Source of the DNA: Chthoniobacterales bacterium
GTDB lineage: Bacteria > Verrucomicrobiota > Verrucomicrobiia > Chthoniobacterales > Chthoniobacteraceae
Direction of reading: 5' to 3'
DNA length: 32,033 bases
Assembly (NCBI GenBank): GCA_038326125.1
Contig: JBBQJR010000001.1
Coordinates: forward strand, 1 to 32,033
Below are positions 1 to 7,013 of the stretch, piece after piece. The notes under the pieces were generated by a model. That model searched no databases and was not told where the DNA came from. It saw only the letters and a program-made list of their open reading frames with translations. The position numbers and the translations under genes are program-made. Positions within the stretch are counted from its first letter, which is position 1, and each line of letters starts with the position of its first letter.

Positions 1-1615
1 TGCCGAGCGCCTCGTGCGTCACACTCACATCGCGGCCCGCCATGAAAAGATTCTCGATGTTCCGCGAATAGAAGCAGCGGTATGGCACCGGGTAGCCGTG
101 CTTTTTGTCCACGCTCTTGTCGAAGACCGCCTTTGAAATAAACGGATCCTCGCTCACCGCGCCCTTCGCGAATTGCTCCTTCGGGTAATGCAGATCGATA
201 TCCCACGTCGTCGGCACCGTACCGTCGGGAAATTCCTTTTTCTCCGCGATGTCCTCGCGCGTGAGCACCACGTCGCCGAGCAATTGCCGGCTCTCGCGCG
301 GCCCGCCGATGTAGGCAACCCACTCGAGCTTGGCATTCGCGTGCTCCGCCTTGCCGCCGCCATTTTTCATCGCGTTAAACGCGCCGTAAATTGCGCGGAA
401 ATTCCAATCGCGCATGTCCTCGAGGCCGAGGATCGGATGCTTGTTGAAACCGCTCTCCCAAAACCACTGCGCGTGGAACCGCTGCGGATACGGAAAGTCG
501 TCCATCCCGAGCGGCAGCGCCCACGGCACCGCGGGAAAAGTGGACGGCTGCCCGGCATCCTTCCACCGCCACATGTTCGACATGCCGAGATGCTCGCTCT
601 CGCGAATCGTGTGCTCCGCCCCCGCGAGCGCGCCGATGGTCGCGTGCCCCGTCGCGTCGCAGAAGAGCCGGCCGGCAAAACGCCGCTTCATCCCCGAACG
701 CACATCGAGCGAAATCACCGCGGCGATGTGCTGTTTTTCCAGCATTTCCACGCCGGTCACATGGTTGTTGAAAAACAGCGCGATGTTCTTTTCCGCGCGC
801 ACGAGCTGCTCCTTTTTGTCGTCGCCGAACTCCTCATATTTTCCCGGCGATTCCTTCGCGACGTCCTGAAACTCCTCCACGATCTCGCCGAGATTCGGAT
901 ACTTCCCGCGCCGCGTGCCGCCCATCGCCCACACGCGCACCTCGCTCGATCCATTGCCGCCGAGCACCGCGCGATCCTGCACCAGCGCGACTTTGCAGCC
1001 CATGCGCGCCGCGGAAATCGCCGCCGCCGTGCCGCCGTAGCCGCCCCCCACGACAACGAGATCAAACGTGCCGGCTTCTTCCGGTTTCTCCGGAAAGCCC
1101 AGCGCCTCGCGCCGCCACGGATCATTCGAATCGTTTGCATTCGGCGGAGTGAACGCCGCATCCTGCGTGAAAAAAATCGCGTCGCACCTGCCCTCGAAAC
1201 CCGTGAGATCGTGCAGCGCCAGCGGCGTCTCCGTATTCGTGATTTCGATCGTGCCGCCATCCTGCCACGACCAAGCCTTTCCTTTCGTGCCAAACGTCTC
1301 GGCCAGCGGCTTCCCATCCACGACCACTTGGAATTTCCCCGGCGCGCCCGGTGCGTTCCAACGCGCCACCCAATCGAGCGTGCGCACCCACACGCGGTAT
1401 TTCCCGGTTGCCGGAAATTTCACCGCCGTCGTCGCATCCTTCACCGGCACGCCCATGCCGTGCGCGAGGAGATACGGCGAGCCCATGCTCTCGATAAATT
1501 GCGTGTCGAGCGACCAGCCGCCGTGATCGCGGAAACTCTCAGCCTCCACGAAAAGCTGATCGGCGGCGAATGCGCTGCTGCCGAGGGCCGCGAGCGCGAG
1601 GAGGGATTTTTTCAT
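1..1615 (-). CDS. Exported FAD-dependent oxidoreductase with an N-terminal carbohydrate-binding-like domain. The 3' end runs off the left window edge.
   Basis: Absent from the ORF track because there is no stop inside the window. The minus-strand ATG at 1613-1615 gives MKKSLLALAALGSSAFAADQLFVEAESF (signal peptide). It continues to DLVVVGGGYGGTAAAISAARMGCKVALVQDRAVLGGNGSSE (GxGxxG FAD fold), and the frame stays open to position 1. The + ORF 173..2071 is its Arg-rich antisense shadow. Confidence 0.85.
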   Translation of the reverse strand, partial: MKKSLLALAALGSSAFAADQLFVEAESFRDHGGWSLDTQFIESMGSPYLLAHGMGVPVKDATTAVKFPATGKYRVWVRTLDWVARWNAPGAPGKFQVVVDGKPLAETFGTKGKAWSWQDGGTIEITNTETPLALHDLTGFEGRCDAIFFTQDAAFTPPNANDSNDPWRREALGFPEKPEEAGTFDLVVVGGGYGGTAAAISAARMGCKVALVQDRAVLGGNGSSEVRVWAMGGTRRGKYPNLGEIVEEFQDVAKESPGKYEEFGDDKKEQLVRAEKNIALFFNNHVTGVEMLEKQHIAAVISLDVRSGMKRRFAGRLFCDATGHATIGALAGAEHTIRESEHLGMSNMWRWKDAGQPSTFPAVPWALPLGMDDFPYPQRFHAQWFWESGFNKHPILGLEDMRDWNFRAIYGAFNAMKNGGGKAEHANAKLEWVAYIGGPRESRQLLGDVVLTREDIAEKKEFPDGTVPTTWDIDLHYPKEQFAKGAVSEDPFISKAVFDKSVDKKHGYPVPYRCFYSRNIENLFMAGRDVSVTHEALG

Positions 1616-1672
1616 GGGAGAATTTTCGGGCGGAAGGATCTGGCGCGACGAGAGGCGGAGACAAGCGCCGAA

Positions 1673-2104
1673 CTATTTTGCCGCCGGCTTCGCCTCGACC
1701 GGCTTGCCCGCCGCCTTCCAGCCGTTGAAGCCGGACTTCAGATGGAAAATCTCCGCGCCTTTTTGCGCCGCCGCGATTTTCACGACGGCCTTCGAACTGC
1801 GGTTGCCCGCCGCGCAATGCACGATCAGCGGCTTGTCCGCCGGCAGCGCGGCAACCTTCGTTTCAAAATCATCGCCGAGAAAATCCACGTTCACCGCTCC
1901 CGGGATGTGCCCTTCCGCAAATTCATCCGGCGTCCGCACGTCCACCACGAGCGCTGTTTTTTCCTGCATCAGTTTCGCCGCCTCGTCCGGCGTCACGTCC
2001 TTCACCGCTGCGGCCGTCGGCAATTTTTGCGTCGGCTCGATGGCCGTCGCGTGCGGCGCGAAATTGAGTGAGACGGCGAGAGCGAGGGCGGCGAGGATTT
2101 TCAT
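1673..2104 (-). CDS. Exported single-domain rhodanese-like sulfurtransferase
   Basis: I chose the internal ATG at 2102-2104, giving MKILAALALAVSLNFAPHATA (signal peptide). The rhodanese core is VVDVRTPDEFAEGHIPGAVNV, with active-site loop HCAAGNRS. Confidence 0.85.
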   Translation of the reverse strand: MKILAALALAVSLNFAPHATAIEPTQKLPTAAAVKDVTPDEAAKLMQEKTALVVDVRTPDEFAEGHIPGAVNVDFLGDDFETKVAALPADKPLIVHCAAGNRSSKAVVKIAAAQKGAEIFHLKSGFNGWKAAGKPVEAKPAAK

Positions 2105-2230
2105 GGCAGAAGCAAAGCGAATCTCGCCGCGATGGCAACCCGGCTCGCGGGTGCGGCGCATGAAAATCGCGAGAGCCGCGAACTTGCACTGGCAAGCGGA
2201 CGCGCGCATCGTCTTAAAACAACGTCATCC

Positions 2231-2785
2231 ATGGTCCTCGAAATCGTCCAATACGGAAATCCGGTGCTCCGCGCGAAGGGCCTGCCCGTCAGCCACGGCG
2301 ATGAGCGTGCGCGCAAGCTCGCCGACGACATGCTCGAGACGATGCGCGCGGCCAATGGCGTGGGTCTCGCCGCACAGCAAATCGGCGTGCCGATCCAGCT
2401 CACCGTCATCGACGTGAGCGGCGTCGAGGACCGCCCGAGCGAAATGATCGTCGAGGGCAAGAGCGTCGGCATCGCCGAATTCATGCCGCTGATCCTCGTG
2501 AATCCAATCATCGAACTCGGCAAGGAAACCGAGGAAGGCGTCGAGGGCTGCCTCAGTTTTCCGGAGCTGAATGGTGACATCGTTCGCGCGACTTCAGTCA
2601 AAGTGAAGGCGAGGAGACTCGACGGCTCGCCCATCGAATTCGAGGCGCGCGGCCTCCTTTCCCGCGCCGTGCAGCACGAGGTGGATCATCTGAATGGGAT
2701 CCTTTTCATCGACCGGATGAACTCCGCCGTCCGCACCAGCCTCGCCGGCAAACTCAAACGTCTGCAGAAAAAATCGCGCGGGTAG
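2231..2785 (+). CDS. def: Peptide deformylase
   Basis: All three PDF motifs are present: GVGLAAQQIG, EGCLSFPE and HEVDHLNG. I chose the ATG at 2231 (MVLEIVQYGNPVLR) over the upstream alternative start at 2132. Confidence 0.95.
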   Translation: MVLEIVQYGNPVLRAKGLPVSHGDERARKLADDMLETMRAANGVGLAAQQIGVPIQLTVIDVSGVEDRPSEMIVEGKSVGIAEFMPLILVNPIIELGKETEEGVEGCLSFPELNGDIVRATSVKVKARRLDGSPIEFEARGLLSRAVQHEVDHLNGILFIDRMNSAVRTSLAGKLKRLQKKSRG

Positions 2786-2834
2786 TGCCGGGTGCGCCTG
2801 CGGAGATTGGTCGCGCTTTTCGCGACTGCGGATT

Positions 2835-2927
2835 GTGACTGGTGACTGGTGAATAGTGACTGGTGCTGCCGCTCCACGCGATTCGCGCAGACAGGAGACA
2901 GATCACTTTTCACCAGACACCAGTCAC
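2835..2927. repeat. Long hairpin with arms made of tandem heptamers, between the convergent 3' ends of def and rodA. Possible bidirectional terminator.
   Basis: Left arm 2835-2853 is gtgactggtgactggtgaa. Right arm 2909-2927 is ttcaccagacaccagtcac. They pair over 19 positions with 1 mismatch, and the loop is 55 nt. A further gtgactggtg copy lies at 2856-2865. Confidence 0.6.
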
Positions 2928-2932
2928 CGCTT

Positions 2933-4060
2933 TCACTTTTCCGCCGCTTCCTCGGGCTCGCGGCGCGAATGCACCCACACGCTGTTCACGAGGCCGAAGC
3001 TGAACATGAGCATCAGCGCGAACGTCCCGCCGTAGCTCACGAGCGGCAGCGGCAGTCCTGTGATGGGCATCAGCGCGATCGTCATGCCGATATTTTGAAA
3101 GACGTGGAAAAAAACCTGCGCGGTGATTCCACCGACAATGAGGACGCCGAAAAGATCGCTCGCTCGCGCCGCGGTGAGCATGCACGCGATCACGAGCACG
3201 CCAAACGCGCCGATCAGCGTGACGCCGCCGAGGTAGCCCCACTGCTCGCCGATCGTTGCGAAAATGTAGTCGGTGTGCGCCTCCGCCGCGGGGATGAGCC
3301 CGAGTTCAAGCTGCGTGTCTGGCGCCTTGAACCCTTTCCCGCGAAGGCCCGCCGAGCCGATGGCGATCAGCGATTGGTTCACGCCGTAGCTCGTGCCGCG
3401 CGGATCTACATCGGGATCGAGAAACGTGACCACGCGATCGCGCTGGTACGGCTTCAATCCAAAGTTCATTTTCAGCGGAGCCAGCGTCAGCCCCGCGAGC
3501 ACCACCAACGCCATCCAGCGGATAGGCAGTCCGCTCAAAAACAGCAGCGCCAACAGCACCGGCACCCAAGCGATGGTCATACCGAGATCGGGCTGTTTCA
3601 TGATGAGCACCATGGCCGGCGCGGCGATAATCCCGGTGCCCGCGATTCGGATCGCCGGATGCCAGCGCCGCGCATAGCTAAGAAAAAGCGCGATGGTGAG
3701 GATGCCGCCCACGGCAGCCATTTGCCCCGGCTGGAAAGGTGGCATGCCCGGCAGCTTCAGCCAGCATTTGGCGCCGTTCACCTCCACGCCCCGGCTCGTG
3801 TAGGTGAGCGCGACCAGCACAAGGCTCACGAGGTAAAATGGCACCGCCAACCATTTCGCCCAATGGTAATCCACCAGCGAGACCACGAGAAAAACGACGA
3901 AACCCACGCCCACAAACATCGCCTGACTTTGCCAATACCTCGCGTTCGGATGCAGATACGAAGCTCCATTGATGAAGAGCACACCCGCGAGTGAAATCGC
4001 GAACACCGCCGCGAAAAGCAGCCAGTTCATGCCGAGCAATTTCCGGAGAAGCGGAGTCAT
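2933..4060 (-). CDS. rodA: SEDS-family peptidoglycan polymerase (RodA/FtsW family, RodA-like)
   Basis: Polytopic membrane profile. Conserved blocks: KQPDLG, YQRDRVVTFLDPDVDPRGTSYGVNQSLIAIGSAGLRGKG, HTDYIFA and PLPLVSYGGT. I chose the ATG at 4058-4060 (MTPLLRKLLGMNW). Confidence 0.85.
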   Translation of the reverse strand: MTPLLRKLLGMNWLLFAAVFAISLAGVLFINGASYLHPNARYWQSQAMFVGVGFVVFLVVSLVDYHWAKWLAVPFYLVSLVLVALTYTSRGVEVNGAKCWLKLPGMPPFQPGQMAAVGGILTIALFLSYARRWHPAIRIAGTGIIAAPAMVLIMKQPDLGMTIAWVPVLLALLFLSGLPIRWMALVVLAGLTLAPLKMNFGLKPYQRDRVVTFLDPDVDPRGTSYGVNQSLIAIGSAGLRGKGFKAPDTQLELGLIPAAEAHTDYIFATIGEQWGYLGGVTLIGAFGVLVIACMLTAARASDLFGVLIVGGITAQVFFHVFQNIGMTIALMPITGLPLPLVSYGGTFALMLMFSFGLVNSVWVHSRREPEEAAEK

Positions 4061-4106
4061 CGTCGAACGTCCCGCAGCCCGGTAAATTTTCCGAAATTGG
4101 GGTTTG

Positions 4107-4194
4107 AAACGCAGAGACGCAGAGACGCAAACCAAAATGAAGCCTGCGGTGACACCTGCTTTGTCGTCCTCCGCGTCTCTGCGTCTCCGCGTTT
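4107..4194. repeat. Long hairpin with arms made of tandem octamers, between the ABC ATPase 3' end and the rodA 5' end
   Basis: Left arm 4107-4128 is aaacgcagagacgcagagacgc. Right arm 4173-4194 is gcgtctctgcgtctccgcgttt. They pair over 22 positions with 1 mismatch, and the loop is 44 nt. Confidence 0.6.
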
Positions 4195-4219
4195 AACTTC
4201 CGCCCTTTGGTCCATGCGC

Positions 4220-5008
4220 TCAGGCAAACTTCGGCACCGCCGCGAGCAGCTTCCGCGTGTACTCGTGCTGCGGGTTTTCGTAAATTTGCTCCGCGGACGC
4301 GCTCTCCACGATTTTGCCGTGATACATCACCAGCACCTGATCGCTGATGTGTTCCACCACCGCGAGATCGTGCGCGATGAAAAGATACGTGAGGCCGAGC
4401 TCGTCCTGCAAATCCTGGAGCAGATTCACGATTTGCGCCTGCACGCTCACATCGAGTGCGCTCACCGGCTCATCGCACACGATGAACTCCGGCTTCACCG
4501 CCAGCGCGCGCGCGATGCCGATGCGCTGCCGCTGCCCGCCGCTGAACTCATGCGGATACCGTTCCATCATCTCCGGCTTCAAGCCGACCTGCTTCATCAG
4601 TTCCGCCACACGCGCCCGCCGATCCTCGCGCGTCATCGCGGGAAAATGAATCTCCAGCGCCTCGCCGACGATTTGGAAAATCGAAAGCCGCGGATTCAGC
4701 GAACCGAACGGATCCTGAAAAATCATCTGCATCCGCCGGCGATATGGCCGAAATTTTCCTTCGCGCATCGGCAGCACATCGCGCCCCTCGAACAGAACCT
4801 CGCCCGCAGTCGCCGGGATCAGTTTCAGCAGCGCGCGGCCGATCGTCGTTTTCCCGCTCCCGCTCTCGCCCACGAGCCCGACGGTCGTGCCGCGCTCGAC
4901 GGCAAATGAAACATCATCCACCGCCTTCACATCATCCGTGTGCCGTCGGAAAACACCGGTGCGGATCGGAAAATAAACTCTGAGATGGCGGACTTCGAGC
5001 AGTGGCAC
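4220..5008 (-). CDS. ABC transporter ATP-binding protein, oligopeptide/dipeptide (OppF/DppF) type
   Basis: Walker A GESGSGKT, signature FSGGQRQR, Walker [13 protein letters not shown] and H-loop FIAHDL. The start is a GTG at 5006-5008. Confidence 0.9.
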   Translation of the reverse strand: MPLLEVRHLRVYFPIRTGVFRRHTDDVKAVDDVSFAVERGTTVGLVGESGSGKTTIGRALLKLIPATAGEVLFEGRDVLPMREGKFRPYRRRMQMIFQDPFGSLNPRLSIFQIVGEALEIHFPAMTREDRRARVAELMKQVGLKPEMMERYPHEFSGGQRQRIGIARALAVKPEFIVCDEPVSALDVSVQAQIVNLLQDLQDELGLTYLFIAHDLAVVEHISDQVLVMYHGKIVESASAEQIYENPQHEYTRKLLAAVPKFA

Positions 5009-5062
5009 GCGCGTGTGTCCGCGCTCGCGTGGTCGCTGTCAAGCGGAGCAGGCGCGAGGGAA

Positions 5063-5156
5063 GACAGCCGTCCCGGCTGTCCGGTCGCACGGGCGTGCCG
5101 CCTGCGGAAAAACAGGCTGGAAGCCCGTTTGCTAAGACAGGCGGGACGCCTGTCTT
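5063..5156. repeat. Cluster of three short GC-rich hairpins (REP-like) in the intergenic region
   Basis: H1 (5063-5081) is gacagccg-tcc-cggctgtc. H2 (5110-5130) is aaacaggct-gga-agcccgttt, with 1 mismatch. H3 (5134-5156) is aagacaggcg-gga-cgcctgtctt. H1 is the H3 motif in the opposite orientation with a compensatory base-pair swap. Confidence 0.65.
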
Positions 5157-5162
5157 CCGTCC

Positions 5163-6665
5163 TCACTTCGTCGCGAGCGGCAGCGCGGCGAGCTGATGAG
5201 GGGACGCGCCCATTTTCAGCCGCGTGCCGTCGGTACTTTTCAAAATGAGACTCGCAGCCATCGTCTGCACGGCGGCGGCGAGGCGCGCGTCGTCGGGGAA
5301 GATTTTCGCCAGCGTGATCAGTTCCGGCAGCGCCTCGACAGTGAGGCCCATCGCGTCGAACTCATCGAGCAGCGCGCGAGTCGCGGGCTTCGCGACCAAC
5401 TCAACTTCGCCGCGTTTGCCCGCAGGCAGCGCGGTCGCGAGATCGCCGAGCGCGCGCAGGATGATGAGATGATAGACCGTGCGCGCGTTGTGCGGGTCGA
5501 GCCAGCGGCCATTCGGCGCCTGCCCCGACGCGACACCGACGCGGAATTTCCGCAGTGCGCCGTCGAGATATTTCGCGTCGCCCGTCACGCGCGCCGCGTG
5601 CGCGAGCAGCGAGTCGGAGAACGCGTTGTAGTTGAAATTTGCGCAACACGGCTGGCCGAGCGCCCAGTCCGCGGCACGCAGGCCGGCGCGTTTCCACTCG
5701 TCGCTGTGATGGAGTTCGCCCGCGAGCAGGAGCGCGGTGCCGCACAGCCCGGTGTCGAACTGCGTGCCGCCATCCGGTGCCGCCGAGACGACCCAGCCGT
5801 CGCGCACCGCGATTCTTCCCTCGGCGAGCGCCTTCGTGATCATGTCGCCGAAGCGGATGTTTTTCCCGCGCAAATCGGGAAAGGGAAAATGCCCCTCGGG
5901 CTGCTGCATCGCCGTGAGGATGCCCGCGAGTCCGCGCGTGAGCCGGTCGAGCGCGGCGAGATCGCCGGGGCGGTGCTTCCCCGCGAAAGGACGAATCATG
6001 ACCACGCCGCGCAGGATGTACGCGTAGGTGCGCGCCATTTTATCCGGCAGCGGCCTGCCCTCGGACAGCGTGCGGTTCAGTTCGGTCTCGCTCTTGAGCG
6101 CGTCGAGGAAAAGGTTCGCCGCCTCGGCCTCCGTGAATGATTTCGGCGGCACTTTGCTCCCAGCGCGGCGTCCGTCTGGCACGCCCGCCTGCTCGCCGAG
6201 AATCGCGCGCATCTCCTCCGTGACCGCGCGCACGGCGGCGGAGTTGTCCGACTTCATCGCGGTGTCGAGCTTTGGCCCGACGGGCTTGAGCTTTTCGAGC
6301 ATCGCCGCGTTCGGATGAAAGAGCGGCTGTCCCGCCATGGACCAGCCGCCAGGATCGAGACCGACGGACTGCTCGACTTTGCGCAGCTCATCGTCCGCGT
6401 CCGCCGGCAAGCCGCGCTTGAAATCGCGCCTGAGTTTTTCCACGCTTTCGACGAGCGTGTGGTCGTTGGTCTCACGCGCGATCTGCATCGCCATGCGGAC
6501 GCGTGCCTCGGCGTCTGCCACGGTGAGAGTCGCTGCGCCGCACATGGCAATCAACGGCGCGCTGAGAAGGAGGGCAGGGAGAAATTTTTCATGGAGGCGA
6601 TTTCGTTCGATGGCTGTGCGTACTTGGAGACGCGCGCAGAGACGGAAAATTACATGAAGCCGCAA
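5163..6665 (-). CDS. Exported hypothetical protein with a helical-repeat (alpha/alpha-toroid-like) C-terminal half. Start uncertain.
   Basis: GC3-rich 500-aa ORF. It has a hydrophobic leader KFLPALLLSAPLIAMCGAATLTVADA and repeated helix-pair patterns (GLCGTALLLAGEL, NYNAFSDSLLAHAARVTGDAKYLDGA, TVYHLIILRALGDL). The only in-frame upstream start is the TTG at 6663-6665. A better ATG at 6590-6592 is one nucleotide out of frame (see findings). Confidence 0.7.
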   Translation of the reverse strand: MRLHVIFRLCARLQVRTAIERNRLHEKFLPALLLSAPLIAMCGAATLTVADAEARVRMAMQIARETNDHTLVESVEKLRRDFKRGLPADADDELRKVEQSVGLDPGGWSMAGQPLFHPNAAMLEKLKPVGPKLDTAMKSDNSAAVRAVTEEMRAILGEQAGVPDGRRAGSKVPPKSFTEAEAANLFLDALKSETELNRTLSEGRPLPDKMARTYAYILRGVVMIRPFAGKHRPGDLAALDRLTRGLAGILTAMQQPEGHFPFPDLRGKNIRFGDMITKALAEGRIAVRDGWVVSAAPDGGTQFDTGLCGTALLLAGELHHSDEWKRAGLRAADWALGQPCCANFNYNAFSDSLLAHAARVTGDAKYLDGALRKFRVGVASGQAPNGRWLDPHNARTVYHLIILRALGDLATALPAGKRGEVELVAKPATRALLDEFDAMGLTVEALPELITLAKIFPDDARLAAAVQTMAASLILKSTDGTRLKMGASPHQLAALPLATK

Positions 6666-6758
6666 CGCGGCTTTACGGCGTGGGCGCGCTCGGCAGAGCG
6701 CGGCGGCGCGGGCCTCCGCCCGGTGCCTAACGGTGCTTCTGTTCGCGCCCAGAGCGTC

Positions 6759-6965
6759 TCAGCGCCATTCGAGTTTGTCGATGAACAGGTCGAACTCGCG
6801 CAGCTTTTCATGCTGCTCCTTGAGCGCGACGAGCACGCCTTCGTTCGTCTTTTCCCGCGCGGTCACCATGCCCATCGAGAAGCCGTGGCGTTCCTTTTCG
6901 CCGGGTTTTTTCCAGTGGTAAAAAACGCGGGCCCGGAAAGTTGGTGCGCTGTTTTCGTCGCTCAT
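6759..6965 (-). CDS. Small hypothetical protein (68 aa)
   Basis: The ATG at 6963-6965 gives MSDENSAPTFRARVFYHWKKPGEKERHGFSMGMVTAREKTNEGVLVALKEQHEKLREFDLFIDKLEWR. Third-position GC bias matches neighbouring genes. I recognise no family. Confidence 0.5.
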   Translation of the reverse strand: MSDENSAPTFRARVFYHWKKPGEKERHGFSMGMVTAREKTNEGVLVALKEQHEKLREFDLFIDKLEWR

Positions 6966-7013
6966 GGGCTGATGAATCAAATAATTGCGCCGCGGCGGCA
7001 AGGACGGAGCGCG

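Noticed and set aside
173-2071. 632-aa plus-strand ORF, and similar long ORFs: 6315..9404 (1029 aa), 10080..11885, 15904..17415, 18120..19175, 24205..25503, 25610..26728, 26792..28171, 29867..31456
   Set aside because: All of these lie antisense to genes with clear family motifs. Their translations are Arg/Ala/His-rich low-complexity sequences with no recognisable domains, which is typical of shadow ORFs in GC-rich DNA.
2835-2927. Whether the short tandem repeats (also 4107-4194, 17164-17247, 21997-22038, 26773-26807, 30100-30135) are CRISPR arrays
   Set aside because: The units are 7-9 nt and directly abutting, with no spacers. No cas genes are present and two of the arrays lie inside CDSs. 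This is not CRISPR architecture.
4940-5248. 102-aa plus-strand ORF spanning the intergenic region
   Set aside because: Its sequence (…RLEARLLRQAGRLSS…) is just the translation of the REP-like hairpins at 5063-5156.
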